Origin: an uncultured Ectothiorhodospiraceae bacterium
Lineage (GTDB): Bacteria; Pseudomonadota; Gammaproteobacteria; SZUA-152
DNA: 64,000 bases
Reading direction: 5' to 3'
Assembly (NCBI GenBank): GCA_964401355.1
Contig: CAYNYJ010000002.1
Span: 6,116 to 70,115 of the forward strand
Shown: in pieces, positions 49,938-59,800 of the stretch
How positions within the stretch are numbered: position 1 is the first letter of the stretch
How the letters are laid out: each line of letters starts with the position of its first letter
Program-made: the position numbers and the translations under genes
The notes under the pieces: model-generated
What the model was told of the DNA's origin: nothing
Database searches by the model: none
The model's input: the letters and a program-made list of their open reading frames with translations, nothing else

Positions 49938-51272
49938 ATGCGCAAACAACTTTTCATTCAACTGCCTGTGGCGACGGTCGAATCGCTGGGCACCGACAGC
50001 GAAGCCGCCATGGACCTGCCGGCCAGTTGGGTGCTGCGCGACGTAGATCGTCCTGCGGGCGCTCTGTTTCACGGCAGGCTTAAGGACGCCGTTACCCAGG
50101 CTGTGGGAGCGCGGGTTAGCGTGCTGGTGCCAGGAGCGGATGTATTACTGGCACAGGTTGAACTGCCGACGATGAAGGCGCAGCGGCTGGCCAAGGCCGT
50201 GCCTTTTGCCCTGGAAGAACAGTTGACCGAGGACGTTGATGAGCTGCACGTGGCCATCGGCCAGCGTGATGCGCGGGGCCGGATAGCCAACGCGGTGGTG
50301 TCTCGCCGTCGGCTGGAAGCGTGGCTGGCGCAGCTCAAGGCCGCTGGCTTGCAAGCGGACGTGATGACTCCTGAAATATTTGGCGTGCATTGGGACGCGG
50401 ATGATACGTCCGGGCAGGCGAGCTGGTCGATGATGATCGACGATCAAAACGGTCTGTTGCGCACCGGGGCCCAAACCGGCCTGGCCTTTGATATGCGCAA
50501 TCTGATGCCAGTGTTGAAGGCCTGTATCGATGAAGCGGGTGACACGCCTCCGGCGTCCTTGCAATTGATTTTTTGTACGGATGCCAGCAGCGATGCGGGT
50601 AACGGCAGACGCTTTAGCGATTCCGATCAACACCGTGCCCTGGTGGAACTGTGTGCCGAACAGAACATCGATTTATCGTTACGCAGTGAGAGCGAAACAC
50701 GTAGCGTGATGCTGGCGCAGGGTTTTAATGAACAACACGCCATTAATCTGTTGCAGGGCGATTACAGTCGTAAACAGCAATTGGAAAAGTTGCTGCGCCC
50801 GTGGCGACCCGCGCTAATCCTGGCCGGACTGTGGTTGCTGTTACAGGTGGGCATGTTCACCCTGGAATACAGTCGTTTGTCGAGCCAGGACAGTGAGCTG
50901 AAAAAACAGATCGAAACCGTGTATAGCGAGGCCTTTCCGCAGTCGCGTAATATCGTGAATCCCAAGGTGCAGATGCAACGGGGTTTGGAAAAATTGCGCG
51001 GTGGCGGTGCTGAAAACGATGGCCTGTTATCGTTGTTGGCGCGCACTGGTGCGGTGCTCAAAGACACTCCGGGCGCACGTCTGCGCACCCTGCGATTTAA
51101 AAATAACAAACTGGATCTGGATGTGGAAATGCCGGACTTGCAGAGTCTGGACAAACTCAAACAGCGTTTGAGTGACGAGGCCAAGCTCAAGGTTGAGATC
51201 GTTTCGGCCTCTTCCCGCGAAGGTAAAGTTGAAAGTCGTTTGTCGTTGCAGGCTGCGGGAGGTGGACAATGA
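49938..51272 (+). CDS. gspL: Type II secretion protein GspL
   Basis: 444 aa with a cytoplasmic actin-like domain, a single TM helix (LILAGLWLLLQVGMF) and a periplasmic domain. Its position follows gspK. Confidence 0.75.
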   Translation: MRKQLFIQLPVATVESLGTDSEAAMDLPASWVLRDVDRPAGALFHGRLKDAVTQAVGARVSVLVPGADVLLAQVELPTMKAQRLAKAVPFALEEQLTEDVDELHVAIGQRDARGRIANAVVSRRRLEAWLAQLKAAGLQADVMTPEIFGVHWDADDTSGQASWSMMIDDQNGLLRTGAQTGLAFDMRNLMPVLKACIDEAGDTPPASLQLIFCTDASSDAGNGRRFSDSDQHRALVELCAEQNIDLSLRSESETRSVMLAQGFNEQHAINLLQGDYSRKQQLEKLLRPWRPALILAGLWLLLQVGMFTLEYSRLSSQDSELKKQIETVYSEAFPQSRNIVNPKVQMQRGLEKLRGGGAENDGLLSLLARTGAVLKDTPGARLRTLRFKNNKLDLDVEMPDLQSLDKLKQRLSDEAKLKVEIVSASSREGKVESRLSLQAAGGGQ

Positions 51273-51757
51273 AGACCTGGTTTAACGGTCTCGAAGCTAA
51301 CGAGCGTCGCATGTTGATGGTTGCTGCCCCGTTATTGCTGGCAATGTTATTTTATGTGGGTGCCTGGGAACCGTTGAACGATACCGTGGACTCCCTGCGG
51401 GTGAGCACCGCCGAGCAACAATCTTTGCTGGCCTGGATGCACAGTGCGGCACGGGAGGTTAAACAACTGCGTGCTCGCAGTACTCAACGCGCCAAGCCGG
51501 CCAGTGGCGGGTCATTGCTGAGTCTGGTGGATCGTACGGCTAAGTCTGGCCGCCTGGGCCCGGCGCTGAAACGGGTGCAGCCCGATGGCGATGATAAAGT
51601 CCGGGTGTGGCTGGAGTCCGCGAGTTTTGATGATATGGTGCGTTGGCTGATTGTGCTGCAAAATCGTCATGGGGTGCGCGTGGTCAGCAGTGTGTTCCAG
51701 GCGCTGGAAGAGACCGGGCGTGTGGATGCGCGTCTGGTGTTTGAGACGGACAGTTGA
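51269..51757 (+). CDS. gspM: Type II secretion protein GspM
   Basis: 162 aa with an N-terminal TM helix (MLMVAAPLLLAMLFYVGAW). The gene is translationally coupled to gspL. Confidence 0.7.
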   Translation: MKTWFNGLEANERRMLMVAAPLLLAMLFYVGAWEPLNDTVDSLRVSTAEQQSLLAWMHSAAREVKQLRARSTQRAKPASGGSLLSLVDRTAKSGRLGPALKRVQPDGDDKVRVWLESASFDDMVRWLIVLQNRHGVRVVSSVFQALEETGRVDARLVFETDS

Positions 51758-51873
51758 GGCTGGTGATTGAGCCCCGGTTTTGGTAAACGTTATTTTTCCA
51801 GCCAAGCTGCGCCTAGCCCTACCAGCACAGAATCTAAAACCGATTTTTTAATACTGACGACGATATTCCTGTT

Positions 51874-52680
51874 ATGAAATTTATTCCCCGTTTCCGTCAT
51901 CTGCCGCTACTGGTGTTTGGCCTGTTGGTCTATCTAGTGGCGCTGGTGATCACCTTTCCCGCCGATCGTGCCTATGCCCACTGGCAGGCCAGCGAGCAGG
52001 CGTCACCGGCATTTCGCCTGTCGAACATTAGTGGCAGTGTGTGGTCGGGCAAGGCCGGTGTGGCGATGGTCCAGAGCCAGCCGTTGGAACATGTGGAATG
52101 GAATCTGCGGCCCTGGACGTTATTGTTCGGCCAAGTGGGGCTGAGTTGGCGCTTTCAACTGCCTGCTGGAAATGAAAAAAAGGTGCAAGGCTACGGGCAG
52201 GGCACGACGGCTTTGGGGCTGGATGGCAGCGTGGCCTTTTCCAACCTGGAGGCACGTCTGCCGGCTGCCATGATTGCCGACATTGCCAAGGCCGGTGCCT
52301 TGCGTCCCATCGGTTCAGTGAGTCTGAACTTGCACGATGTGGTGTGGGATGGGCAAAGCCTGGTGACGGTGACGGGGCGGGTCGTTTGGCACGGCGCCGG
52401 GATTAGCCTGCTCAAACCGATAGCCCTGGGCGATCAATCGCTGACCTTTGAGACCGCCGATGGGATCGTAAAGGGTGTGCTCAGTGACGGTGGCGGGCCC
52501 TTGTCGCTGGATGGCCTGTTGACGCTGACGCCCAAGGGACAGTACGCATTCAATGGCAGCCTTGCCGCGCGTAATGCCCCGGATCTCGAACGTGCGTTGC
52601 ATTCATTGGGGCGTGCCGGGGTGGATGGCCGGATTACACTCAAGCGCTCGGGCAGTTTGGCGGGTTTGGGGCTGATTTAG
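51874..52680 (+). CDS. gspN: Type II secretion protein GspN
   Basis: 268 aa with an N-terminal TM anchor. It is the last gene of the gspG-N block. Confidence 0.6.
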   Translation: MKFIPRFRHLPLLVFGLLVYLVALVITFPADRAYAHWQASEQASPAFRLSNISGSVWSGKAGVAMVQSQPLEHVEWNLRPWTLLFGQVGLSWRFQLPAGNEKKVQGYGQGTTALGLDGSVAFSNLEARLPAAMIADIAKAGALRPIGSVSLNLHDVVWDGQSLVTVTGRVVWHGAGISLLKPIALGDQSLTFETADGIVKGVLSDGGGPLSLDGLLTLTPKGQYAFNGSLAARNAPDLERALHSLGRAGVDGRITLKRSGSLAGLGLI

Positions 52681-53236
52681 TGTGGCGTTAGTAGCCTGTC
52701 GGGCGAGGGCTACAAGGTGTATCTCGACAACAGCCTTCGTGCGTCACCTACCATCAAGGCTTGGGTAGAGTGCGCGATGGACAATGTCTATCCTGCACCC
52801 AGGAAGCTGAAACTATAATTAAGAGGCGCAATATTTGTTTCTGTGGGTTTAATCGTTCAGGGTAAATTCCCCGTCGCCCGCCCTAAGCGCCTACTTGTTG
52901 GTGGCGTTGCGAAAAGCGTAGGTCAGGTTGCACCAACTATTAACCCGGCTTCAAAATAGATCATCCTGATCCATTGTTGAGTCGCCCGCAAAACACCGGC
53001 GCAAATATGTGAATTTGCTTGTGTTTTGCGGGCTCGCGTTGGCTATCGCCAACGGCGGTGCGTCCCTGCACCGCACTATTAATCCAGCCTATAAAGCGGT
53101 CGGATTAATACCTGACAGCAAGTTGTCACGTAGCCTTCGGCAACGTGACCTACAGAAGTCTAATACCCCCGTAGCAGTAGCTTGCTGCGGGGTAGTCTAT
53201 TGCTACGGTATACTTCGTCCCTTGGGGTGGGGATGG

Positions 53237-53854
53237 TTAATGCAGCGGTTCCATTTCGATAAACTCGCCGGTATCCTGCACCACGCCATCGGCCTGCGCA
53301 TCCATGTAGCTTACATAGGCCTGCGGGTCATCGGCGTCAACAGGCACACCCGTGTCCTGGTGCGCAGCATTGCCATCCACATACATTTGCGGATTATCAA
53401 CATCGATAAATTCGCCCGTGTCTTGAATATCGCCCTGAGTGACGGCGCTGTTTGCTTGGGCATTCAGATAAACGACATAAGCCTGCGGGTCATCGGCGTC
53501 GATAAATTCTCCCGTATCTTGCACCAAGCCATCGTCAGCGGCATAGACCCCAGCATCGGGCCATGCCTCGTCCATCGGCAAGAGCGCGGGGAGTTCCGAC
53601 TGTGGGCTGGCAGTCACCGAATCCGACGGTGGCCCGCCGAAGGCGTTCCCGGATTCGACCGGCGCTACGGCAGGCGGAAAAATACTGGCCACCGTTTCCT
53701 CACCGGCTGCCTGAGGTAGCACAACATGCGGCGCATCGCCATGTCTTTGGTCATCAGCTTGGTCATTAGTGATGAAATACCACGACCCGGCCCCCGACAC
53801 CCAGCCGACCAACAGCGCAACAATAATTGGCCGTATTTTATTCATGGGCTGCAT
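53237..53854 (-). CDS. Membrane-anchored acidic repeat protein (QDTGEFIDADDPQAYV repeats)
   Basis: N-terminal TM helix IIVALLVGWVSGAGSWYF, then four copies of a (Q)DTG(E/V)(F/P)(I/V)D(A/V)D(D/N)PQ(A/M)YV motif. The start overlaps the upstream gene's stop by 1 nt. Confidence 0.55.
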   Translation of the reverse strand: MQPMNKIRPIIVALLVGWVSGAGSWYFITNDQADDQRHGDAPHVVLPQAAGEETVASIFPPAVAPVESGNAFGGPPSDSVTASPQSELPALLPMDEAWPDAGVYAADDGLVQDTGEFIDADDPQAYVVYLNAQANSAVTQGDIQDTGEFIDVDNPQMYVDGNAAHQDTGVPVDADDPQAYVSYMDAQADGVVQDTGEFIEMEPLH

Positions 53855-55959
53855 TAATTCACCCTGTCACTGGAAAGCAGACGAATCACCGCCGCTTCGT
53901 TGACCGTCGGGTTCCTGCCCGCGCTCACCTCGTTGCCATCCGTCACGCCATCGGCATCGCTGTCCGCCTTTTTGGGATCACTGCCCCATTGAGATTCCTG
54001 GAGATTGCTCAATCCATCGCCATCGGCATCCAGCGCCGCATCGGCCGGATTGTTGGGGTTAAACCCATAGCGCGCCTCAAAACCATCCGACAGGCCGTCG
54101 CCATCCGTGTCCGCCCTGTCCGGGCGCGTGCCGCGACGGTATTCGTCGATATTGCTCAGGCCGTCGCCATCGGCGTCCGCATCGGCATCGTCCACGTTGA
54201 CATCCAGGCCATAGGCATTTTCAAAACTGTCCGGCAGACCATCGTTGTCCGTGTCACCCATGCCGTCGCCCATCAACACCACCGCAAACACCGCCGCCTC
54301 GCTCACGCTTGGGTTCCGTCCCTGCTGATACTCCGCCAGATTGCTTACGCCATCGCTGTCTTTATCCAGACCTGCATCGGCGGGATCGAGGTGGTCCAGG
54401 CCATGCACTATTTCAAAACCATCGGGCATGCCGTCGCCGTCGCTGTCCGCAGAAGACGAGCGTGGATCGGTGCCGTTTTGGTATTCCCGCAAATTGCTCA
54501 GGCCATCGCCATCGGCATCCAGATTGGCGTCACCAGCGGACATGGGATTAAACCCCTGCTGCAACTCCCACACACTGGGCATGCCGTCGCCATCTGTATC
54601 TACGCCGGTTTCGCTCAGCGCCAGCACCCGAATCTGCCCCGGCACAATCACGCTGCTTTTTGTTGCATCGGTCGCCGCATCGGTAATGAAAATACTAAGA
54701 GGAAAGGCCCCGGCCACCGAGGGTGTGCCCGCCAGCCGCCCCGTTGCCTCATTGAGTGTTATGCCCGGCGGCAACTGCCCGCCTGCCAGCCCCCAGACGT
54801 ATGGCGTCTGGCCACCGCTCGCCACGGGCGTAAAACCAAAGCTGCGGTTGAGCAGCGTCTCCCTGACGAAAGACAGGCCCCGGAGGCTATCGGGGCCATC
54901 CTGGTTTAGCGTCCAGCCATCGGCCACAGCGGCATCGGTGCCCAACAAAGGCTCGACGGCATCGGGAATCCCGTCGCCGTCCCCGTCCGCCAGTGTTGTT
55001 GGCGGCAGGGCGCGCAGGGCCAGCGCGGTTTGCAGGGCATCCCCGCCCCAACTGCCGTTGCTGGAATTCTGGCTGGCGGCCAGAAAATCACGCGCCAAAT
55101 TCATCGCCGTCGCGGCGTTAATCGCCTCAGCAATGCCCACCTCCGTGGCCGCATCCAGCGCAATCAGCGCCAGCGCCGTTTGTTGGGCGCTCCCTGTAAC
55201 TACGTCGTCTGTATCAAGAAAAGCGTTATCGACCTGTTGTCGACTCAGCAACCAGTTGACGCCCCGGCTGATGTTGGAACTGACGTCCCAACCGATAGCG
55301 GAATAGTGGCTAAGCATCACCAGCGCATGACTGGTAGGAAGAATATGGCCCGAAAAAGAAGAACTCCTGGCGGAGAATGTCCAGCCAGCGTCACCGGCAT
55401 ATTGTAACCCGCTGATAATGCTGAGGGAAATACCCGCATCTGGATAGTCGACGCCGGAAACACGCAACGCCTCCATCGCCAGCGCCGTATCCAGCGCCCC
55501 CACCTGGTAACCGTCGAAGCTGCCCCAGCCTTTTTGCGTATTGCGCAACGCCACCAGGGCCGAGGGCAGACCGGCGGCCCGGGTATCCATGCCTGCGGCC
55601 TCCAGGGCGATAATCTTGCGCGCCAGGGCATCGACGCTGTTGGTGTGGGCATTGGCCAGCCAGGAAACCCCTCTCGAATACACCGCCCCGTGGCCAACGC
55701 CAACGTGGCGCAGGGCCGCCAGGGCCTCAGCGGTGGCCGCGACCGTTGCGCCGCCTTCGCCCGCTGTTGTTCCACGCACTGTTCCCCGCACTGTTCCCCA
55801 ACTACCGTCCTGGTGCTGCTCTGCCAACAGCCAGGCAAGGCCTCGCTCCCGGGCCGTATCAACCGTGGCGGTCACCGCCAAACCGACAGTGGCCCCCAGG
55901 CAAAGCACCGTGGCTATTAACACCGACCCGAAAACCCGGCGACCAGTTTCTTTTCTCAT
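53854..55959 (-). CDS. Secreted protein with prenyltransferase/terpene-cyclase-like alpha-alpha toroid repeats and C-terminal thrombospondin type-3-like Ca-binding repeats
   Basis: Signal peptide MRKETGRRVFGSVLIATVLCLGATVGLA. Multiple DxDxDGxxDxxE repeats (DTDGDGMPSVWE, DADGDGLSNLREY, DSDGDGMPDGFE, DKDSDGVSNLAEY, DTDNDGLPDSFE, DADGDGLSNIDEY, DTDGDGLSDGFE, DADGDGLSNLQES, DSDADGVTDGNE). Confidence 0.6.
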   Translation of the reverse strand: MRKETGRRVFGSVLIATVLCLGATVGLAVTATVDTARERGLAWLLAEQHQDGSWGTVRGTVRGTTAGEGGATVAATAEALAALRHVGVGHGAVYSRGVSWLANAHTNSVDALARKIIALEAAGMDTRAAGLPSALVALRNTQKGWGSFDGYQVGALDTALAMEALRVSGVDYPDAGISLSIISGLQYAGDAGWTFSARSSSFSGHILPTSHALVMLSHYSAIGWDVSSNISRGVNWLLSRQQVDNAFLDTDDVVTGSAQQTALALIALDAATEVGIAEAINAATAMNLARDFLAASQNSSNGSWGGDALQTALALRALPPTTLADGDGDGIPDAVEPLLGTDAAVADGWTLNQDGPDSLRGLSFVRETLLNRSFGFTPVASGGQTPYVWGLAGGQLPPGITLNEATGRLAGTPSVAGAFPLSIFITDAATDATKSSVIVPGQIRVLALSETGVDTDGDGMPSVWELQQGFNPMSAGDANLDADGDGLSNLREYQNGTDPRSSSADSDGDGMPDGFEIVHGLDHLDPADAGLDKDSDGVSNLAEYQQGRNPSVSEAAVFAVVLMGDGMGDTDNDGLPDSFENAYGLDVNVDDADADADGDGLSNIDEYRRGTRPDRADTDGDGLSDGFEARYGFNPNNPADAALDADGDGLSNLQESQWGSDPKKADSDADGVTDGNEVSAGRNPTVNEAAVIRLLSSDRVN

Positions 55960-56008
55960 ATCGCGTCCCTTCAGGAAACAGGCCCGACCACTACTTCAGG
56001 CCTAATCG

Positions 56009-56386
56009 CTACTTGTAGATATCTATCCGTCGCGCATAGCAATAACCATTGTGTTTTTTGGTGTTATCCACGTAGAGGGTGACTCGATAACCCAGCGCCA
56101 GCGCCAGTTGCGCCGACTCGAACTTGCGTTGGCCGGCATCCTTGTTGTTGTAAGTGCCATCGCAACTGAAGGTCAGCCAACGGCTGGGGCAGTTGGCGAT
56201 ATAGTCGCTTAGCGGTTTGTCGATCAGGATCATGCAGTCACCAAGAGACCCCGCATCACTGAGCGTTTGAGTCACTTTGACCCCGCTAAACCACACCACT
56301 TCAGCACTCGCCACCCCGGAACCCAGCACCGCCAGACCTGCCACCGCACCCAGAAACACCTGCTTCCACCGGTTCCACTTCAACAT
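56009..56386 (-). CDS. Small secreted cysteine-containing protein (about 125 aa), possibly a lectin/toxin-B-subunit-like protein
   Basis: Signal peptide MLKWNRWKQVFLGAVAGLAVLGSGVASA. Four Cys in the mature part. AAGGAGG ribosome-binding site 6 nt upstream of the ATG. It is the first gene of a three-gene minus-strand operon. Confidence 0.5.
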   Translation of the reverse strand: MLKWNRWKQVFLGAVAGLAVLGSGVASAEVVWFSGVKVTQTLSDAGSLGDCMILIDKPLSDYIANCPSRWLTFSCDGTYNNKDAGQRKFESAQLALALGYRVTLYVDNTKKHNGYCYARRIDIYK

Positions 56387-56883
56387 CGCTAACCTCCTTA
56401 TCTGTCTGTCATGGCCTGCTATCGGCCAAAAAATTCTATTGGTTTGATTGCTCACTGTATTTCACAAACTGTATTTCACAATAAGAACCCAATATCGGCA
56501 AGCCAAACCAAGTTCCTCGTTTGGTAGGTTGGTGGTGAGCCTGCGAACCCCAACACGACCGGTTCCGTTGGGGTTCGCAGGCTCACCACCAACCTACCCG
56601 CAAACACCATTTTATTCACTATGCCAGCATTGGTCTAGCGCCCTTTTTAAAGCAAGGCTTGTGACGCTCTTCACATGGCGCCCAGGCGGCACAACCCACA
56701 CGATGTCCATGAAAATACGGTAATCCCCCACCCAGGAGAAGTGTAAATATTACCATAAATTAATTGTGGCTTATGTGATATGTTTCGGCCAATGCCCGAT
56801 GCCGTGGCTGTTCCTGTTCCTTAAAGCAGGCAACGCACCAGGGCTGAGCAGTAGGGGCTAAACACAGGAGTAACAGGGACGAA

Positions 56884-59800
56884 ATGATCATGCGGACAAA
56901 GGCAAAGCGTGGGTTTCAGGTCACTCCGGTAACGACGGCAATTGTTGCCGTTGTGGCCATCACCCTGGTGGTTATCGCGACCGGGCCGGTATGGCGTGCG
57001 GACGATACCGCGCCCGCTCATGAATCACCTGTCGCCACGGCCCCCGGTGCAAATTCTGGCGGAAAGAATGCCCGAACCCCGGCGACTGCTGAAACAAAGG
57101 CGGCCATGCTCGACGCGGATACGCTGCGCCAACGGGTCGCCGGGGCCTGGCTGGCCACCGGTAAACCAGACAGAGCCAGTGAGCTAAGCTCCACGCTCGA
57201 CCATCATCTGGCGGATACTCGGCAACTGTTGACGCGACTGGTGTTGCAACGGGAAAGCGCCAGCGGACAATCGTCCCGGCACATCCTGCAACAGATCGCC
57301 TCCAAACAGGCCGAGTTCCTGACCCTGCGCGAGGAGGCCGAACGCTGGCTGGCCGACCACGACATGCAGGGTTCCGACCGGGCTTTGCAAATCACGCAGC
57401 GTTTCGAGCAGGTGAAAAGCGTACTCGCAGCCGTCATCAACACCACAGGCAACACTCCTCGCGACGCTCCTCACGACGCTCCTCACGACACCCAGACCCA
57501 AGCCATTGCGGCGGCGCAACAAACCCTGCAACGGCTGCATCCACCCCGCATCGGCATGCGCGGCGAACCCCAGCCAACGGTGACCCAGGGCGAACCCACC
57601 CAACTGACCCCGGACGATTTTCCCAATGCGCCTCCGCCCGCCTATGCCGCGCCTTCCGCGCCATCGGCAGCGATAAAGCAATCCACCACAGCCCCTATAG
57701 CGGGAACCCGCGTTGATTCCTTTGCTAACAGGTTTGGAGAGGAACTGTTCGGGGTCTTGAGCCGGTCGGTCGGCATCTCCACCGCCCACGCCGATGTGCT
57801 ACCTGCCACTCCGGCAGAGGCCGCCAGTTGCGGTTATGTCACCGCCGATGTCGCTTCGGCCCTGCCGGAGGTCGATGTCACCAATCTCGAAATCCAGGCC
57901 CTGGCCGAGCAACTGCAACACTCACCCCTGAAAATCTACGCCTGGATCAAGAACAACATCGAATTCCAGCCCTATTTCGGTTCCCTGAAAGGCGCTCTTG
58001 CTACCTTGAAAAGCGGTTCCGGCAATGCTACGGATCAGGCCTCACTGTTAATCGCGCTGATGCGCGTGTCCGGGTATCCAGCGCGGTATGTGTTGGGGGA
58101 AATTCGGTTGCCCGAGGATGATCGCTTGCTTAACTGGATTGGCACCACGGCGGGCAAAGGAGCGGCCGCCAGATTGTTCGCGAATCAAATCCCGACAACG
58201 TACTACACAAATACCGGTGGGGTAGCGTTCACCCATGTCTGGACAGAAGTCTGCGTGCCTTACGACAATTACCGGGGCAGCGGCAATGATAACAGCGGTT
58301 TTCACTGGATTCCGTTGGATCCCAGTTTCAAGGAGATGGCTTACACCGACGGCACCACAGTGGCCGGTATCCCCGGTTTTGAATTCGATTATGCCGATTA
58401 CCTCAGCACCCGCACCACGGTGATGCCCCACGAGGCCCTGCGGGACCAGATGGAAGCGGCGCTGGGCAAATCGCTGAAGCACGGCGGCGGTTACCGGGGC
58501 GCGATAGTGCAACGGGATATCGACATCCTGCCCAGCACGTTGCCTTACATAGTCAATAATTTTAAGGCCTGGGCTGGCAGCACGGCATCCGATACGGCGG
58601 CGCTGCCCGCGGCCCACCGGATTCAGGCGGAGTTTGTGCTCAAAAATGCCTCCAACGGGCCATTGGCGTCTGTGCTTACTCTCGATATGCCCACACTCGC
58701 CACCCGGCGTCTTACCCTGTCTTTCGAGGGCGTGACATCCACCGACCAAAGCTGGATTGATAACACTTGGGATGGCGAAACAACGCCCTGTGGCAACAGT
58801 AACGTACAAGCGCTCTTCAAGTTGGAAGGAATCGATGTCACCCCGGCAGGCACCCGCGATGCGGTCGATTTTTGCACCAGGAATAATCGGCTCGGCATCA
58901 CCATCCGCCGTAATAGCGTGGTCTACAACAGAGTCAACTACCAAAACATCGGCGGTCACAACTATCATGCCCTGCAAGCTTATGCCTTTCATGCCTCCGA
59001 CCGTCTGCTGGAGGAGCGTGCCGCCAAGTTGTTGACTACCGTCGGTACCACGCCAAACCCCAACGCCTTGCAGGACGAAACATTGGGGGAATACCTGCAT
59101 ATTGTGGGTCTGAAATACATGGGCTACATCACTAATGCCTTCAAAACCGTCGGGGAACTTCATGAGGCAACCGGCGACAGCGGTCACCACATCGGTTTGA
59201 CCTCCACTGCCATGAAGGTGAGCTACTTGTTTGATCTACCCTTTGCGGTCTCCCGAGGGGGGTTATTGGTGGATGTGCCGGGCGGACAATCCCGTAGCAC
59301 CAGTATCAACGACGGCACACCGAACTTCGCCACCTTCTTGCTCAGTGGTTATGCCGCTTCCGCCTACGAATCCTACATTTGGCAGGAACACGCTTACCTG
59401 GATGCCGTGAGTACCGTGCGGGGTATTCAATACGCCAATGATCAGAGTGTTCCGGTGGTCACCCTGGTCAGCGCAGCGGATGTAGACAATAAATTAAACC
59501 AGTCCTGTTCCACAACGCCTCGAAGTCTTATTTATTCTGAATCACTCAAAGCTCCCCTCAAACAACTGTTTAGCAGTGGCTATTTCAGGGTCACGTTGCC
59601 TGGTTGTCTGATTCATTATGATGACTGGCTCGGAGCTGTATGGGTTGCGGAATACAATGTAGACAATGTATTTAAAGCAAGTTACAAAATCTCCGGCAAT
59701 TATGTCCTCGCTGACGGCGGTTACACCCTCTCCACCCCCGTCCCTTTGTTCTATGAAGGCGCACGTGACACCGGTTATCAGAATTACATGCTGCCATCGA

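Noticed and set aside
53009-53719. 236-aa plus-strand ORF
   Set aside because: It lies antisense to, and almost wholly within, the minus-strand repeat-protein gene (53237-53854), which has a signal anchor, coherent repeats and operon coupling. The plus ORF is low-complexity with no ribosome-binding site
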